A DNA stretch of 63,993 bases from an uncultured virus (IMG/VR IMGVR_UViG_3300027770_000036) (Duplodnaviria > Heunggongvirae > Uroviricota > Caudoviricetes), in IMG/VR virus record IMGVR_UViG_3300027770_000036; one strand, written 5' to 3'. The number at the start of each line of letters is the position of its first letter. Within the stretch, counting starts at the first letter, position 1. The position numbers were made by a program, and so were the translations under genes. Positions 33,928 through 42,701 of this stretch are shown one piece after another. Below the pieces are notes generated by a model. The model saw nothing but the letters and a program-made list of their open reading frames with translations. It searched no databases and was not told the origin of the DNA.

Positions 33928-34905
33928 CTACTTTGCAGGCTTAGGGGGTTTGGGCCTAGCTGGTTTAGGCGGAGGCACAGGCTTAGGGGGTTTGGTCTTA
34001 GCTGGTTTAGGTGCAGGTGCAGGCTTAGGAGGTTTATTATTAGATGAAGGTGAATTAGCCACTACTGCCTTACCTTTGGAAGCCCGAGCTGCCTGACTTA
34101 AAAGGCCTTGAGCCTCTTGTAAGGATGCCCCCTTCTTAAGCTTCTTAGCTAAAGAGGATAACTCTGAATTGCCTAACCACTTACCATCAGGCATAGTATC
34201 AGCTAATAGACCAAGAGTAATCGTTGTCCACACTAATGCTCCAGCAGATATGCCCTGATTTATTAACTCTAACTTGGCTTCTGGGCTTAGATGACCTCCG
34301 GTATTAGGATTCGATTCGGTTGCAAGTCCAATCTGGTAAGCATTCTCACGGTTGGCTTCCGCGGTTGCTGCCGATAACAAGACATCGTTGTCTGCTCTAG
34401 CTTGGTTCAGAATAGCGGCTTGGGAGGCATCATAAGGAGGTAGACCAGTGCACATAATAGGGCCAGCATTAGTAAGGATCTGAGTATTTTTATTTATGTC
34501 CGCAGCGTACTTAGCCCTCTTAGCAGTGAAGTCAGGTGTAGCATCAAGAGGGCTACCAGTGTCACCCGTTGTACCACTAGCGAACTTTCCTCCGTTTGCT
34601 ATAACTATCTTGCCCCATTTACTTAGTTCAGGGTTAAGCTTACTTAGCTGTATTTGATTGGCTGCTATGGCATTTCTAACAGCTGGGTCTCTGCTTTGAG
34701 TGTTTAAAGTGTTTCCATAAGTTAGTACCTGAGCATAGGCCTCATGGGCGGCTTGGTAACTAGCTACTATAGAGTCTATTTCCGCTAGTTTTTTGTTAGC
34801 TATGTTATTTATATTGAAGGCTCTTACAAGAGCAGGAGAGGCACTCTCATATCCAGGAGTGACGACATCAACGTTAACGCCTTCGTATATAAAGGACATA
34901 AGCAT
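33928..34905 (-). CDS. Ala-rich protein with Pro/Lys-rich C-terminal tail
   Basis: 325 aa; ends KPPKPAPAPKPAKTKPPKPVPPPKPARPKPPKPAK. Confidence 0.7.
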   Translation of the reverse strand: MLMSFIYEGVNVDVVTPGYESASPALVRAFNINNIANKKLAEIDSIVASYQAAHEAYAQVLTYGNTLNTQSRDPAVRNAIAANQIQLSKLNPELSKWGKIVIANGGKFASGTTGDTGSPLDATPDFTAKRAKYAADINKNTQILTNAGPIMCTGLPPYDASQAAILNQARADNDVLLSAATAEANRENAYQIGLATESNPNTGGHLSPEAKLELINQGISAGALVWTTITLGLLADTMPDGKWLGNSELSSLAKKLKKGASLQEAQGLLSQAARASKGKAVVANSPSSNNKPPKPAPAPKPAKTKPPKPVPPPKPARPKPPKPAK

Positions 34906-34938
34906 ACACCTCGTATAAGTGGAGACGTCTCCAAAAGT

Positions 34939-34972
34939 AAAAAAGCCCTAGAGTTAGTTTAACACTAGGGCC
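34939..34972 (-). terminator. Intrinsic terminator
   Basis: gccctag...ctagggc hairpin adjoining an A-tract. Confidence 0.65.
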
Positions 34973-34996
34973 TGAGTAGTTGAAGTAGTAATATGA

Positions 34997-35176
34997 TTAA
35001 TCCCCGGATTTAGTGGCTGCTTCAGCCCTGAGAGCATCTACTTCATCTAGAAGCTTCTCTATGGCGCACCCTATGTGGTCTTTCCAGCATCCTAGGTAGT
35101 GCCCGCCTAAGTCCTCTCCAGAGTACTTATCCCTTAAGTAGGTAGTGTCTTCAAGTCTCATTCTGTCTTCGCTCAT
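34997..35176 (-). CDS. 59-aa hypothetical protein
   Basis: GAAAGGA SD; MSEDRMRLEDTTYLRDKYSG...HYLGCWKDHIGCAIEKLL. Confidence 0.65.
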   Translation of the reverse strand: MSEDRMRLEDTTYLRDKYSGEDLGGHYLGCWKDHIGCAIEKLLDEVDALRAEAATKSGD

Positions 35177-35191
35177 GCTATTCCTTTCTTA

Positions 35192-35410
35192 GTATTAGGT
35201 GTGTTGATCTAATACCCCTTCGGATCCCCTTCCCGAAGACCTACGGCTCTATGAGCAGAGGGCAGAAAGTATAGGTGTACTCTGCCCATCCCACCTGCCG
35301 CACCTTAAAGCTTTCGCCATGATGCGGGTTCCTTGACGGCTTAATGTGGCATCCATGCCACACCGCCCCTAACCAGCCGACACCTTCGGCTAAGTCTTAG
35401 ACCAACACCG
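35192..35410 (-). ncRNA. Candidate structured RNA or cis-regulatory leader (~215 nt)
   Basis: Closing stem 35397-35408 with 35201-35212, several internal hairpins, no ORF in the track. Confidence 0.45.
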
Positions 35411-35434
35411 CATTATTCTATAGTATTGTCAGAA

Positions 35435-36136
35435 CTAGTCCATATCATCTGAGTCATCATCTTCTATATCTTCTACGTCTTCTATGTTTGCAAATAGGAA
35501 CTTAATCTCTTTAACGATCTCTAGCTTAGTCAAATTAGGAAATAGAAGCCTGATAGCATCCTTAACGTCTTTGGGGCTTGAAGTTATCTGGCACTCTTCT
35601 GGGTCGTTATTGCCTATATGCACAGATATCTGAAGAAATGGTCCGCCTGACTTATCATACTTAGTCTCGTACTCATCACTGTTGTCCTCCTCTTCTATGG
35701 AGGAGTCGCTGCCTGAGTCGCTGTCTGCGTACTTATATCCAAAGGGAAGATCCTCCTCCTCGTAAGAGTCCGAGTCTGAAGAGCTATCCTCTGACCAAGC
35801 TTCATCATCTGATGTAAATACGTCGTCTACTTCGTCGTCGTGCTCTACGTTGCTGACCTTCTTTATCTTAGCGGACTGCATGAACATGGGCCCTAGCCCG
35901 CTTCCCCTGGTCTCCTTAACTAGCTTTATAAAGTACTCGTTTAGTTCCTTCTTAGAGGTAAAGCCTAGGCGGGATATAACGTCTATTAGAATGAACGTGT
36001 CGTATACAGGAATGAACTCATCACTAGGGGCGGTTACTACGCCTACGAAGGCTTCGTCATACCCTTCTATGAGGCATATGCCAGGGTATAGGCCCTTTAG
36101 CTCTTTGGCCGTTAGTTTATTATTGCTCTGGAACAT
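35435..36136 (-). CDS. Highly acidic hypothetical protein
   Basis: 233 aa with long D/E/S tracts. Confidence 0.75.
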   Translation of the reverse strand: MFQSNNKLTAKELKGLYPGICLIEGYDEAFVGVVTAPSDEFIPVYDTFILIDVISRLGFTSKKELNEYFIKLVKETRGSGLGPMFMQSAKIKKVSNVEHDDEVDDVFTSDDEAWSEDSSSDSDSYEEEDLPFGYKYADSDSGSDSSIEEEDNSDEYETKYDKSGGPFLQISVHIGNNDPEECQITSSPKDVKDAIRLLFPNLTKLEIVKEIKFLFANIEDVEDIEDDDSDDMD

Positions 36137-36302
36137 GAGTAGCCTCCTGTGATAGTCCGTCTAGGCTTAACTGTACTACTTATAACAACTTAAATAAAAT
36201 TAACAAGTGGAGACGCCTCCATTATGTTAGTGGGAAGGATTGAGGTTTGTCTTTGTAAGTAGAATTGGCGTAAGGACTTACGTCGATAGTGTGTTTATCT
36301 TT

Positions 36303-36563
36303 TTACATATTAACCGTATTAATTGGTTGTTGCAAGCTATTATTATTCAAATAAACATTATTAGTTTTATCCCCTAACTGCTTCTGGCGCATAGGGTTAG
36401 ATGAAATGTCATTACTATTAATAGCAGAGGGCTTTAACTTTTTTTGATTCGAGCCAATATTACCTAGGGTGGAGATGGCAGCCTCCTTAATACAGTCCCT
36501 GCAATCACATGATTCAGTGGATAGTAGGCCTGCCATCTTCCTTATAGCATCTAATTTTCTCAT
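36303..36563 (-). CDS. Hypothetical protein with KMA/KEAA motifs
   Basis: 86 aa ORF in operon context. Confidence 0.6.
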   Translation of the reverse strand: MRKLDAIRKMAGLLSTESCDCRDCIKEAAISTLGNIGSNQKKLKPSAINSNDISSNPMRQKQLGDKTNNVYLNNNSLQQPINTVNM

Positions 36564-36567
36564 AATA

Positions 36568-36810
36568 TCACCTAGAGTTAACTAAGGGAGTCATCTTACC
36601 GTTGTCTAATACTATCTTATCAGACGCCGTAGCCTCACAGAACGATATAAACAAGTCAAAGTAGTTCTTAACAGTAATCCTATCTACAGAAGACAGGCCC
36701 TTATCTGCTTTTAAAGCAGTATGCAAGAACTCATCTACAAGGCCTTCAAGGAAGGAGTCAGCATCTTCACCAGTAAACAGCTTAAGATTGGTTTTACTAT
36801 TGGGTTTCAT
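36568..36810 (-). CDS. Hypothetical protein
   Basis: 80 aa, translationally coupled to its neighbour. Confidence 0.65.
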   Translation of the reverse strand: MKPNSKTNLKLFTGEDADSFLEGLVDEFLHTALKADKGLSSVDRITVKNYFDLFISFCEATASDKIVLDNGKMTPLVNSR

Positions 36811-37190
36811 TATCGTCTCTCCCCAGTGATAGGTATAGAGGCCTCAGGTTGAGGATAAGTCCTAGGTGAGGCCATATTAGAAGATGCACCCATGATATTA
36901 ATCGATGAGGATACTTCCTTTATGGTACTAGACTTATTAAAAGGTATCTTTTCGCCTGTTGATAGGACTACAGCGATACCATTATCGATGTATTCCATAG
37001 CAATAACAGGCCTCTGGCTGATAAGGCTCCTAGAAAACTCAACAAACTTAGATGCAGCTTCTTCTGTAGCTGCATCTGGCTTAGTACTTTCCTTCCACTG
37101 AGCGTGTAGCCAAGTAAGAAGGTCAGGATCTTCTTGAGTGTAGACACTAAAGCCTACTTTGTTCTTCCAATAGTCTGTAGTATTCGCCAT
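36810..37190 (-). CDS. Hypothetical protein
   Basis: 126 aa ORF in operon context. Confidence 0.65.
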   Translation of the reverse strand: MANTTDYWKNKVGFSVYTQEDPDLLTWLHAQWKESTKPDAATEEAASKFVEFSRSLISQRPVIAMEYIDNGIAVVLSTGEKIPFNKSSTIKEVSSSINIMGASSNMASPRTYPQPEASIPITGERR

Positions 37191-37208
37191 TTTACTAGCC
37201 TTTCTGTA

Positions 37209-37538
37209 TTACTTCATATTTAGTTTCATGATCACTAGTCCTGCAGCGACTATAAGTGACCCTAACACTACATACTTATTAACATTTAGTCCAAAGAAAA
37301 CAAGAGGTATTACATAATCTACAAATATAACAGCAAACGCCCAGCATAGGCTAAAGAAAAAGATGCGCTCTTTGTTGTCTAAAACTCTTACACCAGTTAC
37401 CCACATGGAGGATATACACAGACCTATTAGTATGGAGACTACTGGATAATACCAGGAGTTTCTAGTCTCAGAGTTATAACATAGCATTACAGATGTGGAG
37501 TAAAGGGTCATGACAGCAAGAATGATTGCACATTCCAT
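37209..37538 (-). CDS. Small four-TM membrane protein (SMR/DMT-like size)
   Basis: 109 aa with four hydrophobic helices. Confidence 0.6.
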   Translation of the reverse strand: MECAIILAVMTLYSTSVMLCYNSETRNSWYYPVVSILIGLCISSMWVTGVRVLDNKERIFFFSLCWAFAVIFVDYVIPLVFFGLNVNKYVVLGSLIVAAGLVIMKLNMK

Positions 37539-37648
37539 ATCATTGGCACCTCATTAAAGTAGTTACTTAAATGATAACCTAGGATAGGAGTGTCTGATAG
37601 CTAAAAAAGATCATTGGAGTACGGGAGGTTAGTCCCGTACTCTAATGA

Positions 37649-37861
37649 TCAATAGGAGCATCTCCTATTATGCCCTTCTAAGGGGTCGTACTCTTCCCCT
37701 AGGTAATAGTTTAACATCTTCTCGTTAATCTCTATCTCTTCCAACTCGTCCAGCTCGGCGGTCAGCCGGCGGATGTCCTTTTCTACCTTCCAACTGCGCC
37801 GCTGCTTGGTAAGTAGATCGAGACTCTCGAGTATTTGTTCTCTTCTGTCTTCAATTTTAAT
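37649..37861 (-). CDS. 70-aa coiled-coil protein, probable ATT start
   Basis: AAGGAG-TAGTGCC-ATT, then an open frame IKIEDRREQILESLDLL...DIRRLTAELDELEEIE that fills the cassette. Confidence 0.55.
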   Translation of the reverse strand: MKIEDRREQILESLDLLTKQRRSWKVEKDIRRLTAELDELEEIEINEKMLNYYLGEEYDPLEGHNRRCSY

Positions 37862-37938
37862 GGCACTACTCCTTAAAATACCTACCTAGGATTAGGCGCC
37901 ACCTTTTAGGTGACTAATAAACCTATCCTTTACATACT

Positions 37939-37967
37939 ATTATGACGCAATTATGGATTGGATTAAG
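37939..37967 (-). promoter_or_regulatory. Cassette promoter, consensus CTTAAT-N17-CATAAT with GCGT before the -10 box (18 copies)
   Basis: Plus-strand attatgac(g/a/t)c-N-attaa(g) near 11184, 11467, 11800, 12368, 37939, 38416, 38805, 39390, 39879, 40495, 41421, 41720, 42247, 42619, 43245, 43962, 44430 and 55485. Confidence 0.85.
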
Positions 37968-38043
37968 TGGAGACGTCTCCACTATGTGATAGCTAAAAAA
38001 AAGAAACACACCATACCCGAAGGCATGATGTGCTTTGCTTGGA

Positions 38044-38337
38044 TTAGGATAACTTATCCTTAATCCAAGCCGACACCACAACCCAGCTAGTGCTGGATAT
38101 GGCGTCGTTATATAGGTCGCAGGATGCTACGTATCCCCACTCTGCATCCCACTCATTTAGTAGGACAGCCTCGAACAAACCTTCTAGGGTGTCTATAGAC
38201 ACCGCTATACCCGGCTTACCCCTACTCGGGACAAGCTCTGCAAGGTTTGAGGTATAGCTCCTAACCTTCCCAACATTTAACTGTCTGACCGCGTCAGCCA
38301 GCTTTGCCGTGGGGAGCAAATGCGACTTGTTGTTAAT
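38044..38337 (-). CDS. Hypothetical protein (cassette gene), probable ATT start
   Basis: AAGGAGG-ATATC-ATT is in frame with the ORF-track frame 38044..38319. Confidence 0.65.
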   Translation of the reverse strand: MNNKSHLLPTAKLADAVRQLNVGKVRSYTSNLAELVPSRGKPGIAVSIDTLEGLFEAVLLNEWDAEWGYVASCDLYNDAISSTSWVVVSAWIKDKLS

Positions 38338-38475
38338 GATATCCTCCTTGTAACAACAACCTCTATAGGATTAGGAGCCACCTTTTAGGTGACTAATACC
38401 TATCCTTTCCATAATATTATGACGCACTTATAGATTGGATTAAGGAATGGGTGATAGCTAAAAAAAACCCAACCG

Positions 38476-38595
38476 CTACTTGTAGTAGCGGCTAGGTGAG
38501 GTATTGTGGCTCAAAGAGCACACAATACCTATTAGTAGCATAAGGACGCATGGCCATGCGTCCAACAAATAAACAGGGGAAACTACAATCTCCAT
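38476..38595 (-). CDS. 39-aa hydrophobic peptide
   Basis: GAGGAG SD; MEIVVSPVYLLDAWPCVLMLLIGIVCSLSHNTSPSRYYK; its end overlaps the terminator. Confidence 0.5.
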   Translation of the reverse strand: MEIVVSPVYLLDAWPCVLMLLIGIVCSLSHNTSPSRYYK

Positions 38596-38855
38596 AACAA
38601 TCTCCTCGTTAAGACTGTTCATTAAAGTAAATTTGAAAAGAGGTAAGAATGCGCCTTAAAGGTGGAAGGTCTATTCCCTTACATAGGGGAATAGAAGCAC
38701 GTATGATTGGCATACCTGTGCGAATTCCCTATCCTGTAGTCCCGCCGAACTACCCTTAGTTTGCTCCATAGCTCTGCGCATCTTACCCCTACCGGTACCA
38801 CTCTATTATGACGCACTTATGGATTGGATTAAGGAATGGGTGATAGCTAAAAAAA

Positions 38856-39385
38856 GACACATGAGACCGGGGTTTAACCCGGTAACCTCATGTATCCCTC
38901 TTTGTGGAAGTTTCATCCACACCCGTACCCGGCCGGTAGCCGCCCGTCTGTTGAGTCAGCGGGAACCTGCAGTTTAACGTCATGCATGGACGCCAGCTTT
39001 AATTGAAGCAGCTTAACGTCCTGCTGATGACGGCCCTTCCCTCCAGGTGCGCAGCAGTATCGCTGATACTGCTTAGAATCTCCCGTGGGTATAGGGAGAA
39101 GCGTGGAAGTCTCATCCACACCCCATTTTAGCCACAGTGGGTTACTGCTTGTTGTTCCGTCACCGGGTAGCAGCATCTACTGATGCCGCCCCACAACCAC
39201 AAGTCAACTAGGTGACTTTGTATGCCCCCTGCTAGTGGAGTACATACACCTTGTGGAAGGGCCAGAGTTTTCGTTATCTCTGGAACGCTCCTGGGGCGGT
39301 ATTACCAACCTGATAGAAGAATCAGTTGGGCTTACGAGTACTTTTAACGCCACTGTCTCGAGGGGGCGGATACCTATCGGTATCA
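38856..39385 (-). ncRNA. Candidate modular ncRNA A (pseudoknot and T-loop modules)
   Basis: Own promoter and terminator, no SD-led ORF, structural modules shared with 43372-43956. Confidence 0.65.
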
Positions 39386-39496
39386 CTATATTATGACGCA
39401 CTTATAGGCTGAATTAAGTGAAGGCGTCTCCACTATGTGATAGCTAAAAAAAAAGCGCACCATACCCGAAGGCATGATGTGCTTTTTAAAGGAACA

Positions 39497-39802
39497 CTAG
39501 TACTCTAGGTACAGCGTTCCTCTATCTTTGTACTTCTCCGTTAACCGGAGATTGGCGGCCTTTATGGCCTCCATACCCTGAAAGCGAAGGTTCCAAGTTA
39601 CCGCGGCTGCTTCTTCAAGCAAGCCTACCGCGGGCCTCTTTCCGGAGGCCTTCCTGAAGGACTCTCGAAAGTCCTCCTTGAAAGTTTGCCGGAATTCTTC
39701 AAAGGCCCAGTTCATCCTGGGCGCCTCCAGTGGAGGCCCCTCGTCCGCATATACTGGGGGCTGAATAACCCCAGCAGCTAAGAACATTAACAGAGTAAAA
39801 AT
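39497..39802 (-). CDS. Hypothetical protein with hydrophobic N-terminus, probable ATT start
   Basis: AAGGAG-TAGTGCC-ATT lies 15 nt upstream of, and in frame with, ORF 39497..39787. Confidence 0.65.
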   Translation of the reverse strand: MFTLLMFLAAGVIQPPVYADEGPPLEAPRMNWAFEEFRQTFKEDFRESFRKASGKRPAVGLLEEAAAVTWNLRFQGMEAIKAANLRLTEKYKDRGTLYLEY

Positions 39803-39929
39803 GGCACTACTCCTTAAAATAACTACCTAGGATTAGGCGTCATCTAATAGATGACTGATAAACCTATCCTTCCATACTATTATGACGCACTTATAGATTG
39901 GATTAAGGAATGAGTGATAGCTAAAAAAA

Positions 39930-39956
39930 GAGCAGTTTAACGTCCTGCTCAGGACG
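39930..39956 (-). terminator. H-type pseudoknot directly before the U-tract (also at 40558, 41483, 42669, 43372, 44014)
   Basis: Minus strand CGTCC-TGAGCA-GGACG-TTAAAC-TGCTC-TTTTTTT; stem 1 CGTCC/GGACG, stem 2 GAGCA/TGCTC. Confidence 0.7.
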
Positions 39957-39967
39957 GGGTTTAAACA

Positions 39968-40402
39968 CTATTTTGGGTTAGGTCTAGTTCGAAAATCTGG
40001 GCATGTCATCCAAGCTCGCACGCTTTTTAATGTGTGCGTTCTGTCAAACTTTTCCAATTTTCTTTGACCGACCGCCACAGGGTCTGCGCAATCCATCGCC
40101 GGGCTCCCCGAAAGCATCGGGCCAATTTTTGCCCATCCTCTTGCTAGCCTAAACTCTTCTTCTACATGTCTGGGCCACGCTTCTTCGAGGGCTAGACATA
40201 ACTTTTCAGCTGCTGCATCCCCAGACTTTTCCCGGAGGTATTCAACGCAGCAGAAGAATGAATTATACCCGTGTGCCGTGGCATACCGCCACGACTCCCC
40301 TAAATGGGCAACTAGGACATTTCCCAGAGTCTCCCTACCCCTATGATCATAGGGGGACATAGTGTATTCATTAACCGAATTAGAAACATTTTCAATACTC
40401 AT
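39968..40402 (-). CDS. Hypothetical protein (cassette gene)
   Basis: AAGGAG SD, 144 aa. Confidence 0.75.
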   Translation of the reverse strand: MSIENVSNSVNEYTMSPYDHRGRETLGNVLVAHLGESWRYATAHGYNSFFCCVEYLREKSGDAAAEKLCLALEEAWPRHVEEEFRLARGWAKIGPMLSGSPAMDCADPVAVGQRKLEKFDRTHTLKSVRAWMTCPDFRTRPNPK

Positions 40403-40588
40403 AACACTATCTCCTTAAAAGGTAAACCAAAACAACCCACGAAAAAGCTCGCAGGATTGTTCCTGTAGTAGTTATAGCTACAGGTGATCACTGTATTATG
40501 ACGCATATGTGGGGTGGATTAAGTGGAGACGTTTCCACTATGTGATAGCTAAAAAAAGAGCAGTTTAACGTCCTGCTCAGGACGGGGT

Positions 40589-41344
40589 TTATTTCTTCTT
40601 TGTAGGAGTCGTTGGCTCCGGCTCCGGCTCGGGTTCTGGTTTTAAGTTACCGAACTTACCCTTCAGCAGTTCAATCAAATGACCCCTTTCAGAGTCCAGT
40701 GACCCAGGGAAAGAACGGCCACCATCCAAGTTCCTAGGACTGCACAGTGCTGCCATCGTCGTATACAACGACTCTAACCCGTAGAGCTTCAGGTTCTTGG
40801 CTGCTATTAATAGCCTGCGGGTAGAGAGCTGGAATTGGAACCTAAGGTCATTACTATTTATCCTCCTCCTCACATTCGTAGCTATATCGACTAGCTTACG
40901 AGCGTAGGCTGGGCTGACGTCGGTTTTAACGACTATCAGAGCTGCCTCCTGCTCCTCTGATAGATAATAAAGCTCGATAACATGGTGAAAGATATCTTTC
41001 ACCCTTACGGGAAGGACCACAAATCCGTCGCTGCTTGTATCAACAACGAATACCACCACGGCCTTCTTTTTTCTAAAGGACTTGAGGGCTTCAATGACGT
41101 CCTCGTCCAATAGGTCGGCACGAATGGCTACCGCCATCCTATCCTTTACCAGCCCACCCCTTATTAGTTCCACAGAGTTGGAGGTCATGACCCTCTCTAC
41201 GCTCCGGCCAGTCCTTTCGGACCAAGCATCTAACATGGCATTCTTTCCGCATCCTGTAGGGCCTGAGACGAGTATAAGTCTCGTCTCTTCGGTGTTGGTA
41301 ACCTTTAGAAGGCATTCCAACTGAGGAGTCATAATATATTCCAT
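40589..41344 (-). CDS. MoxR/CbbQ-like AAA+ ATPase, partly degenerate
   Basis: GPTGCGKN Walker A, YLSEEQEAALI, LSTRRLL sensor-2 region; Walker B is unclear. Confidence 0.65.
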   Translation of the reverse strand: MEYIMTPQLECLLKVTNTEETRLILVSGPTGCGKNAMLDAWSERTGRSVERVMTSNSVELIRGGLVKDRMAVAIRADLLDEDVIEALKSFRKKKAVVVFVVDTSSDGFVVLPVRVKDIFHHVIELYYLSEEQEAALIVVKTDVSPAYARKLVDIATNVRRRINSNDLRFQFQLSTRRLLIAAKNLKLYGLESLYTTMAALCSPRNLDGGRSFPGSLDSERGHLIELLKGKFGNLKPEPEPEPEPTTPTKKK

Positions 41345-41802
41345 GTGATTCCTTTAACATAGACGTCAAAGAATAGCTCTCTGACCAGCCCCCGTTTTTA
41401 CAGGTACGGGTAACCAATAGATTATGACGCGTTTATAAGTCCAATTAACGTAATGAGATAGGATGTGTGATAGCTAAAAAAAGAGCAGTTTAACGTCCTG
41501 CTCAGGACGGATGGTTAGACCCCACCGGCGCACCCACACCTGCAACTGCAAGTGTGGCCTTTGTTGGGGAGGAGTCAACAACCTCCCCCTCCGCCTTTTC
41601 TTCCACCTTCTCTAGATGCCGCCATGGTATTTTCCTTTCGTCAAAAAAGGGGGCATACCTGCCCATGCAGAAATAGGTGCCATCCACTATAGATGACTAA
41701 AGACTATTCCTTACAACTCATTATGACGCGTTTATAAGCCCAATTAACATAACGAGATATGATGTGTGATAGCTAAAAAAAAGCAGGATGATCCTGCTCG
41801 GG

Positions 41803-42180
41803 TTACCCCTCTTGACCCACGACCCCCCACAGGCTGAACGGAGCTATCTCCTTCCAGTCGGTGATGTCGTTTGACCGCATGGGCTTCCACCCATTGGCGC
41901 GGTCCAAGCACATTGTAATGTGCTTGCGGGCGTTCCGACTAGGAACGCCCGTATCGACTTCAACGGCCATTACGCCGTCGAGCCGACCGACACTAACTAC
42001 TTTTAGTTCGTGTCGTTGACCATTGAGATCCTGTGCCATACTGTTACATATGGGAAGAAGGTCAACGGTCATATGGTGGCATATGACCTCGAAGTGTTTG
42101 GGCACTTCGAGGTTTGCGTGCATCCACGCCACCAAGATGGATACACTGTCCTTTTCAAGGACGCAAGCCGTGTAGGCCAT
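41803..42180 (-). CDS. 2H phosphoesterase (cyclic phosphodiesterase fold)
   Basis: Two HxT motifs (HHMTV, KHITM) and KPMRSNDI; AGGAG SD before ATG 42180. Confidence 0.75.
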   Translation of the reverse strand: MAYTACVLEKDSVSILVAWMHANLEVPKHFEVICHHMTVDLLPICNSMAQDLNGQRHELKVVSVGRLDGVMAVEVDTGVPSRNARKHITMCLDRANGWKPMRSNDITDWKEIAPFSLWGVVGQEG

Positions 42181-42338
42181 TTTTAGTCTCCTAAAAATAA
42201 GACGAGGCGCCATCTATTTGATGACTGGTACCTATACTTGCACCTTATTATGACGCACTTGTTGTATGAATTAAGGCAGTGTCTTTGCTACCTAATAGCT
42301 AAAAAAAACACACCATACCCGAAGGCATGGTGCGTGTT

Positions 42339-42551
42339 TTATAAATCAACATAGACAAGGCTAAGCAATCCCTTGTCTATAAGTGATGTTAAGTGGGCAT
42401 TGGTAACCCCCTCAATCGTTTTGGCAGCATCCACAAGGGCTATGTGAGCCTTCTTACGGTTGCTGTGCCCTGCCGTCAGGACAAAGAGGTTTCCGCCTCT
42501 TCGGAGCCTGGCTATCCAGGCGAACCCCAGAGGGGTTGATGGGTTTATCAT
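42339..42551 (-). CDS. 70-aa hypothetical protein (cassette gene)
   Basis: GGAGG SD before ATG 42551; the ORF-track start lies inside the leader hairpin. Confidence 0.7.
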   Translation of the reverse strand: MINPSTPLGFAWIARLRRGGNLFVLTAGHSNRKKAHIALVDAAKTIEGVTNAHLTSLIDKGLLSLVYVDL

Positions 42552-42701
42552 GGTAACCTCCGTTAACTGAGGATTAGGTGCCATCGGCTAGATGACTGAT
42601 AACCTATCCTTTCATACTATTATGACGCGCTTATAGGTCGGGTTAAGGAGGAGTGATAGCTAAAAAAAGAGCAGTTTAAAGTCCTGCTCCAGGACTCTAA
42701 A

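Noticed and set aside
39020..39060. Hammerhead core (CTGATGA on the plus strand)
   Set aside because: No GAAA or stem II arrangement follows; the sequence is explained by the minus-strand pseudoknot.
38913..39401. ORF-track ORFs 38913..39176 and 39204..39401
   Set aside because: No SD; one starts inside the promoter; conservation with 43372-43956 follows base pairing rather than codons.
39930..39956. Pistol ribozyme (P1 followed by UUAAA looks similar)
   Set aside because: The downstream P2/P3 elements are absent; the loop pairs immediately and a U-tract follows.
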